Shown: positions 48,343-58,292 of the stretch, one piece after another
Position numbering within the stretch: the stretch's first letter is position 1
Layout of the letters: each line of letters begins with the position of its first letter
From: an uncultured Planctomycetaceae bacterium
Lineage (GTDB): Bacteria > Planctomycetota > Planctomycetia > Planctomycetales > Planctomycetaceae
DNA length: 64,000 nucleotides
Assembly: GCA_963976765.1 (NCBI GenBank)
Contig: CAXBME010000005.1
Span: 248,001 to 312,000, forward strand
Direction: 5' to 3'
Notes under the pieces: generated by a model
What the model saw: the letters and a program-made list of their open reading frames with translations, nothing else
Told to the model about the DNA's origin: nothing
The model's database searches: none
Program-made: the position numbers and the translations under genes

Positions 48343-50436
48343 TCAATCCTGTTTGACGCGGAGCTTGCTGATCATCTTGCCGACTTCTTCAGCAGTCAGA
48401 ACGTCGTCCTTGTTGGAGTCGAGGATCCTGAAGATCGGAAGATGTTTTGGTGGCACCTCGCTCTTTTCCAGTTGACCGTTGTTGTTGCCCTGCCGGTCGA
48501 AATCTCGAATGGCTTTCAGAATTTCCAGGACTCGGGCCTTTGTCTGGTTGCTGCCTGCGGTGGTCTCAGTCGTGCGGGAATTTGCCTTGCCGGATGTCAG
48601 GCCGAGGACTTCCGTGGGGATGGCGACGTCGAAGTATCCAATCATCATTTCATCCCAGGTTTGATCGCCCCAACGGACCGTTTTTGTGGGATCGGGATTC
48701 GACAGATTGTTTTCCGAGTTATCATAGTGGGCGACGCATTGCAGATACGCGCCCTTCGGCAGCGAAACCGGTTTGGCGACGCGGTAAGCCGTCTGCCAGT
48801 TAAAGTCGTAATGCGGAACGTCGAGCAACGTTTCTTTGCGGCCATCCGGAAAGTGAGCGGCGTAGCTGAAAGACTTGCCTCGCAGGTGCATGTGCGGCAT
48901 GAAGGCCAGAATCTGGACATCGGTGGGAGCTGTTTGCGATCGCGCTTCCACCCGGTGATTGTCGGCGTTCGGAGGGATCACCAGCCCGCGATGGTTCGAC
49001 GCCTGCTGCGTGACGACGACCTGCTCAATTTTCTCATCAGGTTTCGCAAAGACGAGACCTAACCGGCTGATATCTTTCTGCGGTGTTCCGATAGGTGTGT
49101 AGTGAAGCTGAAAGGCCAGTTTTGAACCCGCCGGAATGAATTTCGCCAGACCTTCCGAGTAATGCGGTGATCGATGCCCCGGCACGTAGGCGGCCAGGAA
49201 TTCGCCGGTGGTCGACTTCACTTCCTTCGAACGACCTCCCGGCGGGATAACGAAGACAAGGATGTGATGGACGACCGCTCGGTTGCCCGGTTGCAGTTCG
49301 GCGGCCTTGACCCACATGTCATCCTTAAACTCGGGATCAACCTGAAAATACTGATACTTCACGGTGCCTTCAGCCGGGACGTCAAATGGCTGGTCGCGCA
49401 TGTTGACGACCACATCCGGCTCGTGAGGCAGTTGCCAGCCTTTGGCGTATGTTGGCTGTTCGGGGAGCAGGCTTCGGTCACCTTCGGGACAGCCTGCGTC
49501 GACCCATTGTCGAAGTTGTGATTTCTCTTCCGCTGCCATGATGCGGGCATTGAGAAATTCACCGTGCCTGGGGTCGGCATGCCACGGTGGCATGCGACCA
49601 TCGTCGATGACTTCCAGAATGGTGTCCCCCCAACCGACGACTTCGTCATAGCTGGTCAACGAAAACGGCGCAATCTCACCCTCACGATGACACTCGACGC
49701 AATGCTTATTGAGGACTCTCGCGACTTGATTCGAAAAGGTGACCGGACTCGTCGGATCGGGCGTTCGCTTGCGACCGATGAAGCATCCAACAACCTCGGT
49801 CGCTGGAGTACTCACACTCCGAGAAGCCAGCAGGTCGTCAATCGCGCTGGTAACGAACGGCTTCTGAGGCTCATCGCGGATGTAGCCGACTCCGTACTGA
49901 TCGTCGACTCGACCGTGGTAACGCACGACGCGTTTTTCGTCGAGAATCAGAATCTCTGGCGTGCGAGTCGCTCCGACCTGATCGGCGATTCGGTTATCGA
50001 GATCCTTCAGAATTGGAAAACCAATCTCGTGAATCCTTGCATAGGCCGAGATTTCCGTAATCGAATCGTGCCGGTTTGAATTGACACCCAGGACCGTCAC
50101 CCCCTTGTCGGCATACTGCTTCGAGATGCTCGCCAGCCGCGGTCCGTAAAGTTTTGCCAGGGGGCACTCGGTGCCCAGAAACGCCAGGACGACGACCCTG
50201 CTGCTTGAATATTCATCGAGCGAATGCGTCCGGCCACGAAAGTCTTTTGCCGAGAATGCCGTAACCTGCCTGCCGACCAGATTTGCCGTTTCGGCTGCCG
50301 AAACCAGCCCCGTACTCATGGCCAGAAAGGCAAAGGCAACACCTGCCGCGAGGCTGGCGGTTTTCAATCGGTAATTCAAACCGGCAGATGATCGATCAAC
50401 TCTGGTCATTCCTGGCCTCGTTATTTGAGCGTGCAA
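48343..50436 (-). CDS. Redoxin + cytochrome-c motif + copper-monooxygenase-like + EF-hand-like protein
   Basis: FLGTECP, GATRTPE, Y.GRVDDQY, CVECH, MPPWH, VVHHIL, PHMHLRGK, YDFNWQ, DEMM; start uncertain. Confidence 0.85.
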   Translation of the reverse strand: MHAQITRPGMTRVDRSSAGLNYRLKTASLAAGVAFAFLAMSTGLVSAAETANLVGRQVTAFSAKDFRGRTHSLDEYSSSRVVVLAFLGTECPLAKLYGPRLASISKQYADKGVTVLGVNSNRHDSITEISAYARIHEIGFPILKDLDNRIADQVGATRTPEILILDEKRVVRYHGRVDDQYGVGYIRDEPQKPFVTSAIDDLLASRSVSTPATEVVGCFIGRKRTPDPTSPVTFSNQVARVLNKHCVECHREGEIAPFSLTSYDEVVGWGDTILEVIDDGRMPPWHADPRHGEFLNARIMAAEEKSQLRQWVDAGCPEGDRSLLPEQPTYAKGWQLPHEPDVVVNMRDQPFDVPAEGTVKYQYFQVDPEFKDDMWVKAAELQPGNRAVVHHILVFVIPPGGRSKEVKSTTGEFLAAYVPGHRSPHYSEGLAKFIPAGSKLAFQLHYTPIGTPQKDISRLGLVFAKPDEKIEQVVVTQQASNHRGLVIPPNADNHRVEARSQTAPTDVQILAFMPHMHLRGKSFSYAAHFPDGRKETLLDVPHYDFNWQTAYRVAKPVSLPKGAYLQCVAHYDNSENNLSNPDPTKTVRWGDQTWDEMMIGYFDVAIPTEVLGLTSGKANSRTTETTAGSNQTKARVLEILKAIRDFDRQGNNNGQLEKSEVPPKHLPIFRILDSNKDDVLTAEEVGKMISKLRVKQD

Positions 50437-50701
50437 TTTCAGTTTCGCCCCTCAGTACCTCAGTCGTCGTCACATTGTTGCACGAAATCCCGGTTCCGGC
50501 ATCCTCACCAGTGGCGGCGACGTCCGCAGCCCAGGAGACTATCCTTCTTTGGTCGGCTACGTCGAGCGGGCAGAAGGCCACATTTCAGCAGATGCTGTCT
50601 GGTCGCAGGCTGAAGCTTGTTCCAGCCTGCCACCTTCGCGACATTGGCGGCGTAAATTACCCCTTCTCTAAGACTCGTTTCCCGAGTTCACAATTCCCAC
50701 G

Positions 50702-53326
50702 ATGAGTTCGCCGTCCAATCCCAATCTGCCAGATGAGATTCTCCGCCGCATCGATCAGGCATGCGACGACTTTGAGTCTGCGTGGAGATCCGGTGAACGC
50801 CCCTTTGTCGACGACGTACTCGGTGATTTCCCCGAGGCTGCTCAAGGGCCGCTGCTGAATGAACTGCTGCCGATCGAAATTGCATGGCGTCTTAAATCTG
50901 GAGAAACGCCCACTGCTGACAGCTATCTGTTTCGTTTTCCGATGCTTGATCCGGTTCGGCTTGAAGCGTTGCTCGGTTCAGAATCGACGGTCGCGCCTGA
51001 AGATCCTGGCACGCTGGCAATCACCGATTCTGAATTGCTCGGCGAGTTCGACTCAGAAATCTTCGATGTGGGCGACTCAGCGGATTCTTTCAACGAACTC
51101 GCCGTCGAGTGTGCTGAATTTCTGCGGAGCCTGGATGGTCTCGGAATCGTCGATGCCCGGCATGCTCTGAAATTGCTTGCCGATTCCGAGCAGCCACTGG
51201 ACCAGATTTCGCCTGCCGACGTCATTGTCCTGCTCGGCGAGAAAGAGCTGCTGACTCGGTGGCAGGTTGATCGACTGACGAAAAAGTCTCCCCCTGTGTC
51301 CGAGTCGCTGGTGTTGGGGGATTACGTTCTGCTCGATCCGCTTGGTAAAGGCGGAATGGGCATCGTCTATCGTGCCAGGCATCGGCGGATGGATCGCCTT
51401 GTCGCTTTGAAAACGCTGACAGACCGAGCGGCCGGCAGCGACGATTCCGTGCAGCGGTTTCAGCGGGAAGTTCGCGCGGCTGCTCGACTGTCGCATCCGA
51501 ACATCGTCGCTGCCTACGACGCTGGCGAACACAACGACACTCATTATCTGGTGATGGAGCTTGTCGACGGAATCGACTTGGCCCGGCTCGTTCGGCAAAG
51601 CGGCCCGTTAAACGCCAGCCGCGCCGTCGACTACGTTCGCCAGGCCGCCGACGGGTTCGCCTGTGCTCATGCTCAGGGCATCATCCATCGAGACATCAAA
51701 CCTCAGAATCTGCTGGTTGATCGAAAACAGCATGTGCGGATTCTGGACATGGGTCTTGCTCGGCTGAATCCGACAAATACCGCTGCCGATCCCGCATCGC
51801 CGGCAGGCGAGCAGACTGAGCTGACGCAAAGCGGCGTCATCATGGGCACGGTCGATTTCATGTCGCCGGAACAGGCCACCAACACTCGCAACGCGAACGA
51901 GCGGTCCGACATCTACAGCCTCGGCTGCACGCTTTACTTTCTGCTGACGGGCCGAGCGATGTTCGACGGCGAAACCTGTATGGAGCGGCTGCTTGCCCAT
52001 CATCAGGATTCCCGGCCGTCGCTCGTCACCAGCGTTTCGAAAATTCCGCCGGCGCTGGAATCAGTCTTCGCTCGAATGACCGCCCGACAACCGGCCGATC
52101 GTTACGAATCGATGGCCGACGTTGTCAAGGCTCTTGACTCTGTCCAGTCCTTGCTCGAACAGTCCAGCGGGAATGCGCCGTCGCTCTCGTCAGTCAACAG
52201 CGAAACGAGCGGCGGAGCGAATCCCGGAATTTCTCCAGAGACGCTGTTCGAAGCCAAACTCCCCGAGCCTACCTTTATCACGAGCACCGTCGACGATGTT
52301 CCGGCAACCGCCCCCGACGCCGCTCGCTTCGACGAGACCGCAAACTCAACTGCGAAAAAAGCTACCGCGTCACAGCAGTCGATACTCGTTCGTGCCGTCG
52401 TGATTACAGTCGGACTTTGTTTCGCAGGCTGGAGCCTGTGGCCAGACAACGACGATGGCACCTCGGGATCGGAGAATGTGGGCAGCGGGCAGCGCAGCAA
52501 CGATTCGAAAAAAGGGGCGATTCCGCAGGGAGAAGCAGCGCTGACAATGCTGGCCGATCGTCCACAACCGAAGTGCGACTGGCCGGATGCCTCAGCGGCT
52601 CAACACCGCCAGCGGGAGGTTGCAGAAGAGCACGGCATTTCGCCCTTCGTCGAAAACACGCTCGGGATGGTGCTGGCCGTTGTGCCAACCGACGAGCCGG
52701 GACGCACACCGTTTCTCGTCAGCACGACTGAGGTTACTGTCCGGGAGTTCCGGCGTTTCGTCGAGGACTCGGGGTACCAGCTGCAAAGCACAACTCGGTT
52801 TGGACGGGCCGCCGGGAACCGTTGGGTGTCGGGATTGGAGTTCAGTTTCGAGAACCTCGGTAATCTTCCCGTATCAGAACAGTTCCCGGCATGCAGCATC
52901 TGCTGGTTCGACGCGCAGGCATTCTGCGACTGGCTGAGCGAACGTGAAAACGCTCGGTATCGATTGCCGACCGTTGCAGAATGGCAGGTTTTGAATGCCG
53001 GAGGCAGCTCTACGTGGTGGTTCTTTGGGGACGACGAGTCTCGGCTGACTGAATTCGCCTGGTATGCAGAAAACGCTGGTATGGAATTTCACGAAGTAGC
53101 CGGAAAACGTCCCAATGCACTTGGCATCTTCGACACGCTCGGCAACGAGTACGAATGGTGCCTGGATCCTGCCGCAGGAGATCGTCGTCAACTTCGCCCT
53201 CAGATTGGCGGTGGATTTGGCGATCCCGCAGCAGAAATTGCCAGACACGTCCGTGAGCCGGAACTCGTTGATCCTGTGACCGGGTTGCACGGAGCGTTTC
53301 GAATTATCCGCGAGCTGGGTAACTGA
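50702..53326 (+). CDS. Ser/Thr kinase with C-terminal FGE-sulfatase (SUMF1-like) domain
   Basis: LGKGGMG.VY, HRDIKPQNLL, DMGLA, GTVDFMSPEQ; TM; TEVT..EF..FV, YRLPT.AEW, PNALGIFDTLGN.YEWC.D. Confidence 0.92.
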   Translation: MSSPSNPNLPDEILRRIDQACDDFESAWRSGERPFVDDVLGDFPEAAQGPLLNELLPIEIAWRLKSGETPTADSYLFRFPMLDPVRLEALLGSESTVAPEDPGTLAITDSELLGEFDSEIFDVGDSADSFNELAVECAEFLRSLDGLGIVDARHALKLLADSEQPLDQISPADVIVLLGEKELLTRWQVDRLTKKSPPVSESLVLGDYVLLDPLGKGGMGIVYRARHRRMDRLVALKTLTDRAAGSDDSVQRFQREVRAAARLSHPNIVAAYDAGEHNDTHYLVMELVDGIDLARLVRQSGPLNASRAVDYVRQAADGFACAHAQGIIHRDIKPQNLLVDRKQHVRILDMGLARLNPTNTAADPASPAGEQTELTQSGVIMGTVDFMSPEQATNTRNANERSDIYSLGCTLYFLLTGRAMFDGETCMERLLAHHQDSRPSLVTSVSKIPPALESVFARMTARQPADRYESMADVVKALDSVQSLLEQSSGNAPSLSSVNSETSGGANPGISPETLFEAKLPEPTFITSTVDDVPATAPDAARFDETANSTAKKATASQQSILVRAVVITVGLCFAGWSLWPDNDDGTSGSENVGSGQRSNDSKKGAIPQGEAALTMLADRPQPKCDWPDASAAQHRQREVAEEHGISPFVENTLGMVLAVVPTDEPGRTPFLVSTTEVTVREFRRFVEDSGYQLQSTTRFGRAAGNRWVSGLEFSFENLGNLPVSEQFPACSICWFDAQAFCDWLSERENARYRLPTVAEWQVLNAGGSSTWWFFGDDESRLTEFAWYAENAGMEFHEVAGKRPNALGIFDTLGNEYEWCLDPAAGDRRQLRPQIGGGFGDPAAEIARHVREPELVDPVTGLHGAFRIIRELGN

Positions 53327-53493
53327 CGATCAGATTCCCACTGGATGCCGAATCCCAATTCGCAAATCCAAACGGGCCTCGCGGGCAGTAGGAGAATCAG
53401 TCTTACTCTGGTAGTCTTTGCCGTATTCTTTTCTCGGTGCAATTCCTGTCGCTTGTCTTCGTAAACCTGTTTACAGCCTGATTGAAGTTTCCG

Positions 53494-53859
53494 ATGCCAG
53501 ATCCCCAGAAGGTGTTCAAAGTCGAGCGGGAGGGCAACACGCTGATCGTGTTGCCACAAGGTCCCGCGCTCCAGTTTCAGCACAACGAAGTTCACCTGGA
53601 GTCGAATGAACTTTACCGCTGTCTGGATTCCCCCGGCATGCTGCACGTTATTATCGATCTGCACTGCGTCGATTATGTCGACTCCGTGATTATCAGTTCG
53701 ATCCTTCGCTGCCTGACCAAATGCAAACAGCGACGAGGCAAGTCGGTCTTCTGCAACGCATCCGAGAATATGGCCGAACTGCTCAAGTGCATCCGCCTTG
53801 GCAAATTGTGGCCGTCGTTTGATACGCGCGAAGAAGCGCTGCAGGCCGTCAACAGTTAG
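53494..53859 (+). CDS. STAS-domain anti-sigma-factor antagonist-like protein
   Basis: VIIDLHCVDYVDS, FCN.SE, FDTREEALQA. Confidence 0.85.
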   Translation: MPDPQKVFKVEREGNTLIVLPQGPALQFQHNEVHLESNELYRCLDSPGMLHVIIDLHCVDYVDSVIISSILRCLTKCKQRRGKSVFCNASENMAELLKCIRLGKLWPSFDTREEALQAVNS

Positions 53860-53910
53860 TCAGGCCCGTTTTTTCTCTCGACGTGTCACGGATTGACAAA
53901 GGCTACCTCG

Positions 53911-54588
53911 ATGGCAGTTTGCCTGTTCGATATTGACGGAACATTGCTGAGCAGCGGTGGAGCTGGCCAGGCCGCGATGGAAGTGGCGCTGGAGTCCGCC
54001 TTCGGGATTACTGCTCCCACGGAGGGAATTTCGGTGGCCGGTCGCACTGACCGAGCGATCGTAACGGAGCTTCTGAACTTTCACGGTGTCGAGAATTCCG
54101 AAGCAAACTGGACGCAGTTCGTCAGTGCTTACCTTGAACGTTTGCCCCACGAGTTGACTTCGAGAGAAGGTCTGATCCTGCCCGGCGTTCAGGAATTGCT
54201 GGCAGAACTTCACCGTCGCCCGTCACTGACGATGGGCCTGTTGACGGGCAACTTCCAGCGGGGAGCCGAACTGAAACTCGACCACTACCAGCTCAGCCAG
54301 TACTTCCAAGGTGGCGGTTTCGGTGACAACCATTTCGAACGCGACGACGTCGCCCGGACAGCGATTGAGACTGTCCGGGAAAGAATGGCATCGAAGGGTG
54401 CCACCGAAGTGTGGGTGATTGGCGACACCCCCGCCGACGTCAAGTGTGGCCGAGCCATCAATGCCACCGTAGTCGCTGTCGCGACAGGGCTTTACACCAT
54501 CGAAGACCTGGAGGTCTGCGACCCCGACTTCCTGTGCGAAGACTTCGCCGACGTCGAGCTGATTCTCGGAATCTTCCCCGGTGAGTAA
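53911..54588 (+). CDS. HAD-family hydrolase
   Basis: LFDIDGTL, LLTGN, IGDTPADV. Confidence 0.92.
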   Translation: MAVCLFDIDGTLLSSGGAGQAAMEVALESAFGITAPTEGISVAGRTDRAIVTELLNFHGVENSEANWTQFVSAYLERLPHELTSREGLILPGVQELLAELHRRPSLTMGLLTGNFQRGAELKLDHYQLSQYFQGGGFGDNHFERDDVARTAIETVRERMASKGATEVWVIGDTPADVKCGRAINATVVAVATGLYTIEDLEVCDPDFLCEDFADVELILGIFPGE

Positions 54589-54672
54589 GGCTGACGTCGG
54601 CGACGTTCGTTCGGTCAGTTGACGATCCCCCGTTTGGAGTCGCCGGGCGCGATAGCCCACAAACTCCGCACG

Positions 54673-54700
54673 CCGAAAGGATCACGAAGAATCCTTTCGG
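54673..54700. terminator. Hairpin between convergent genes
   Basis: CCGAAAGGAT-8 nt-ATCCTTTCGG perfect 10-bp stem, no clear U tract. Confidence 0.45.
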
Positions 54701-54734
54701 GAGATCGCTATGCCAAAGATTGGCGTAGCACCTG

Positions 54735-56537
54735 TCAGGCAGGCGTCACCTGCTCCTGCAGTTTCTGAGCTTCCTCAGGAGCCACGTAGTCGCTGTGGCA
54801 ATCGGGTTTTGCTTCGTCCGCACCGACCGCTTTCTTCGTCTTGGATGCGAGTTTGTGAATTTCGTCCGGGGAAAGAACTCCGCGAGTTTCCAGAATGGCC
54901 AATTGATCCGGGTTCAGAGCCTCGGTGACTTTGGCTTTGTCCCAGGCGTATTCCTCGTCCTTGCCGGAAACGAACATTTCAATCTCTTTCGAGATGCGGA
55001 CACTGCACCAGTCGTGGCCACACATCGCGCAGAAGTCGGTGTCGACGTCCAGGTCTTCGTCGTGGAGTGCTCGCGCGAGGTCCGGGTCGAAGCTCAGGTC
55101 GAAATGTTTGTCCCAGTTGAGTGCCGCGCGAGCTTTTGTCAGTTCGTCGTCACGGTCTCGCGTGCCTGGAATTCCCAGCGCCACATCGGCAGCGTGAGCG
55201 GCGATTTTGTACGCGACACAGCCCTGCTTGACGTCGTCTTTTTTCGGCAGACCAAGGTGCTCTTTCGGAGTCACATAACACAACATGCTGGCGCCGTGGT
55301 AGGCGGCAGCCGTCGCACCGATGCAGCTGGTGATGTGGTCATAGCCGGGGAAAATGTCCGTAACGAGCGGTCCCAGAACGTAAAACGGAGCACCGTGGCA
55401 CAGGGTCCGCTGGAGCTTCATGTTGTACTCGATCTGGTCGAACGAAACGTGCCCCGGACCTTCGATCATGACCTGCACGCCGCGTCGCCAGGCTCGTTCA
55501 GTCAGTTCGCCCAGCGTTTCCAGTTCGGCCAGTTGAGCCTGGTCGGTGGCATCGGCCAGCCCACCGGGACGCAGTCCGTCGCCGATGGAGAAGGTGACAT
55601 CGTACTCCCGCATGATGTCGCAGATCTCTTCCCACAGCGTGTAGGTTGGGTTTTCTTTGTTGTGAGTGATCATCCATTTGGCGAGTAGCGATCCGCCTCG
55701 GCTGACGATTCCGATCAGACGATTCTGCACGTACTGCAGATGTCCGAAGCGGACGCCAGCGTGGATTGTGAAGTAGTCGACTCCCTGCTTTGCCTGATGC
55801 TTGAGCATCTGCAGGATGTCGTCTTCGGTCAGGTCTTCGATCTTCCGACCGATAATCATCGAGTAAATCGGCACGGTGCCGATCGGCACGGTCGAGTTCT
55901 TGATAATCGCTTCACGGCATTCGTTGATGTTGCCGCCAGTCGACAGGTCCATGACCGTGTCGGCTTCCCACTTTTCCGCCCACTTCAGCTTTTCAACTTC
56001 TTCTTCCGTTCCTGACGAAACCGGCGACGCGCCCATGTTGGCGTTCACTTTGGTTTTCGACGCCCGGCCAATCGCCATCGGATCCAACTGATATTTCAGA
56101 TGGGTGATGTTTGCCGGAATGACCATGCGGCCCGCAGCGACTTCGTCACGAACCTGTTCAGGCGTAAGATGCGGTTCCCGCTCGGCGACGCGCTTCATTT
56201 CCGGGCTGATAATGCCTCGGCGGCCCTGCTCCAACTGCGTGACCGGTTCCCAGCCAAGTGGCGGTTCCCATGCTTCGGGTTTCTCGTAGTCATCTTCAAA
56301 GCCGGCGTTCAGCACCCAGTCTTCCGGCATGAAATCCCAGGCGGTCTTCTGTGATGGCTGAGGCATGCCAGGGGTGTCCGGCGAGGAAAACGTCATGGCT
56401 CCTTTTCGACCGGGGGCAATCGCCGGCGGATTGGCAAAACTGCCGGGAGTTGTTCCCTGCGAGGTGGATGAAGGGTCGCTTCCGAGTGCGGGCAGCTCGT
56501 AACCGGGAGTTTGAAGGTCCGTCTCAGCAATACTCAT
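54735..56537 (-). CDS. thiC: Phosphomethylpyrimidine synthase ThiC
   Basis: [66 protein letters not shown]. Confidence 0.97.
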   Translation of the reverse strand: MSIAETDLQTPGYELPALGSDPSSTSQGTTPGSFANPPAIAPGRKGAMTFSSPDTPGMPQPSQKTAWDFMPEDWVLNAGFEDDYEKPEAWEPPLGWEPVTQLEQGRRGIISPEMKRVAEREPHLTPEQVRDEVAAGRMVIPANITHLKYQLDPMAIGRASKTKVNANMGASPVSSGTEEEVEKLKWAEKWEADTVMDLSTGGNINECREAIIKNSTVPIGTVPIYSMIIGRKIEDLTEDDILQMLKHQAKQGVDYFTIHAGVRFGHLQYVQNRLIGIVSRGGSLLAKWMITHNKENPTYTLWEEICDIMREYDVTFSIGDGLRPGGLADATDQAQLAELETLGELTERAWRRGVQVMIEGPGHVSFDQIEYNMKLQRTLCHGAPFYVLGPLVTDIFPGYDHITSCIGATAAAYHGASMLCYVTPKEHLGLPKKDDVKQGCVAYKIAAHAADVALGIPGTRDRDDELTKARAALNWDKHFDLSFDPDLARALHDEDLDVDTDFCAMCGHDWCSVRISKEIEMFVSGKDEEYAWDKAKVTEALNPDQLAILETRGVLSPDEIHKLASKTKKAVGADEAKPDCHSDYVAPEEAQKLQEQVTPA

Positions 56538-56780
56538 CGCAGATTCCCTGGAGATATATGCCGTGAAGCCTCCTGCAGAATACAGGGACAATTCCGGCGT
56601 TGGGGCAAACTTCTTTCAGATCAACGCTGATCGATCTGCCGAGGCGACAGTCTCGATCGAGTCGAATCCTAGTTCCGCCGCCTTGCTTTTTCAAAAGGGA
56701 TTGCCGTCTGTTCTGGAATCCACTTCTGAGCCTCGACGAATGTCCGCATCCACGCATTCAGAAACTTTTCGAGTCGCCTG

Positions 56781-56817
56781 TTGACACTAAGCTGAATTGT
56801 ACTATTGTTCTAATACA
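56781..56817 (+). promoter_or_regulatory. Sigma70 promoter overlapped by a palindromic operator (YtrA-type autoregulation)
   Basis: TTGACA at 56781, TATTGT 16 nt later; inverted repeat TGTACTA-TTGTTC-TAATACA at 56798-56817. Confidence 0.7.
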
Positions 56818-56839
56818 GTTTTATCGAAAGATTAAGACC

Positions 56840-57238
56840 ATGCAGATCCACATTACTGAGGCAGACGGGACGCCGTACTACCAGCAGGTTGTCAACCAGG
56901 TGAAATTTCTGGTGGCTTCTGGTCGGCTGGAAGAGGGCGAGCAGTTGCCGCCAGTCAGGAAGCTTGCCGAGCAGTTGCTCGTGAATCCAAACACGATCGC
57001 CCGAGCGTATCGCGAACTCGAATCCGAAGGCGTCGTCGCGTCGAAACGTGGAGCCGGAGTTTTCGTTTCCGACTCCGGCTCGCCGCTGTCCCGCAAAGAG
57101 AAGACTCGAATTCTGCACGAACGCATCGACGCGTTGCTCACCGAGTCCAGCCAGTTGGGAGTGGGCGTGGACTCCCTTCTTAAACTGATCGATCAACGCA
57201 GCAAAAAGTTTGATTCAACGTGGGGAGACAAGTCATGA
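56840..57238 (+). CDS. GntR-family (YtrA subfamily) regulator
   Basis: PYYQQV, LPPVRKLA..L.VNPNTIARAYRELE.EG, G.G.FV; short C-terminus; heads an ABC operon. Confidence 0.92.
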   Translation: MQIHITEADGTPYYQQVVNQVKFLVASGRLEEGEQLPPVRKLAEQLLVNPNTIARAYRELESEGVVASKRGAGVFVSDSGSPLSRKEKTRILHERIDALLTESSQLGVGVDSLLKLIDQRSKKFDSTWGDKS

Positions 57239-58116
57239 CCGAATCAGTAGTCGACATCAAAGGAGTTTCGCGGTTGTTCGGAAAAAAGGTCGCGCTGGAC
57301 GATGTGGACCTGTCCGTCCCGAAAGGTTGTGTTGTCGGGCTGGTCGGAGAAAACGGAGCGGGCAAGACGACTTTGCTGAAACATGTGTTGGGACTCTTCA
57401 AAGCCCGAACCGGTTCCGTACGGGTCTTCGGTAAGGACCCAGTCACTGATCCGGAAGCAGTGCTCGGCGAAATCGGCTACCTGTCAGAAATTCGCGACCT
57501 TCCCGACTGGATGAAGATCGGCGAACTGATGAGCTACACAAGAGCCTTCTTCCCGTCGTGGGATGATGCTTTTGCGGAAGAACTCCGAAATATGTTTGAG
57601 CTTTCGCTCGATCAGAAAGTCAAAACGCTGTCGCGAGGCCAGCGTGCTCGAGCTGGTCTGATCGCCGCGATCGCTCACCGGCCGCAACTGCTGGTCCTTG
57701 ATGAGCCGTCGTCCGGGCTGGACCCGGTCGTTCGACGAGACATCCTCTCGGCGATTATCCGCACCGTTGCTGACGAAGGCCGAACGGTCCTGTTCTCATC
57801 GCACCTGCTCGACGAAGTGCAGCGAGTGTCCGATCACGTCGCGATGCTGCATCTCGGGAAGATGTTGCTGACTTCGTCGATGGACGACGTGCTGACCTCT
57901 CACCATCGACTGACTGTACGGTTCGAGCAACCACCTGGTTCACCCTTGAAGCTCGATGGTGCTCTTCGATGCGAAGGCGAGGGGCGGGAATGGACGGTCC
58001 TTTGCAACGGCGAACGAGCCAGCGTCGAAGCTCAACTAACACAGCTCAACGGCGAGATCGTCGGCAGGGCGGCTCCGACACTGGACGAGATCTTTGTCGC
58101 TCGCATGAATGGGTAG
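57235..58116 (+). CDS. ABC transporter ATP-binding protein (YtrB-like)
   Basis: GENGAGKTT, LSRGQR, LVLDEPSSGLDP, SSHLL; ATGA overlap. Confidence 0.92.
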   Translation: MTESVVDIKGVSRLFGKKVALDDVDLSVPKGCVVGLVGENGAGKTTLLKHVLGLFKARTGSVRVFGKDPVTDPEAVLGEIGYLSEIRDLPDWMKIGELMSYTRAFFPSWDDAFAEELRNMFELSLDQKVKTLSRGQRARAGLIAAIAHRPQLLVLDEPSSGLDPVVRRDILSAIIRTVADEGRTVLFSSHLLDEVQRVSDHVAMLHLGKMLLTSSMDDVLTSHHRLTVRFEQPPGSPLKLDGALRCEGEGREWTVLCNGERASVEAQLTQLNGEIVGRAAPTLDEIFVARMNG

Positions 58117-58130
58117 ACGACATTTTCAAT

Positions 58131-58245
58131 GTGTGCCACCGGCTTTGCCAGTGATTTCGAAATGTGCCCCGCCGGGGGCCACTGCTGGATCGCCCAGCAG
58201 TGGCGAAGTGCTATCGACGAACTGCTGGGCAAGCCGGTGGCACAC
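58131..58245. repeat. REP-like nested palindromic intergenic element
   Basis: Perfect 15-bp terminal inverted repeat GTGTGCCACCGGCTT/AAGCCGGTGGCACAC enclosing GCCACTGCTGG-ATCGC-CCAGCAGTGGC. Confidence 0.75.
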
Positions 58246-58292
58246 TTCATTTCATGGTTAATGCGGACACGACATTCTGTGAGGATGTGCTC

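Noticed and set aside
56540..56720. Canonical TPP riboswitch
   Set aside because: Conserved core nucleotides not found by eye
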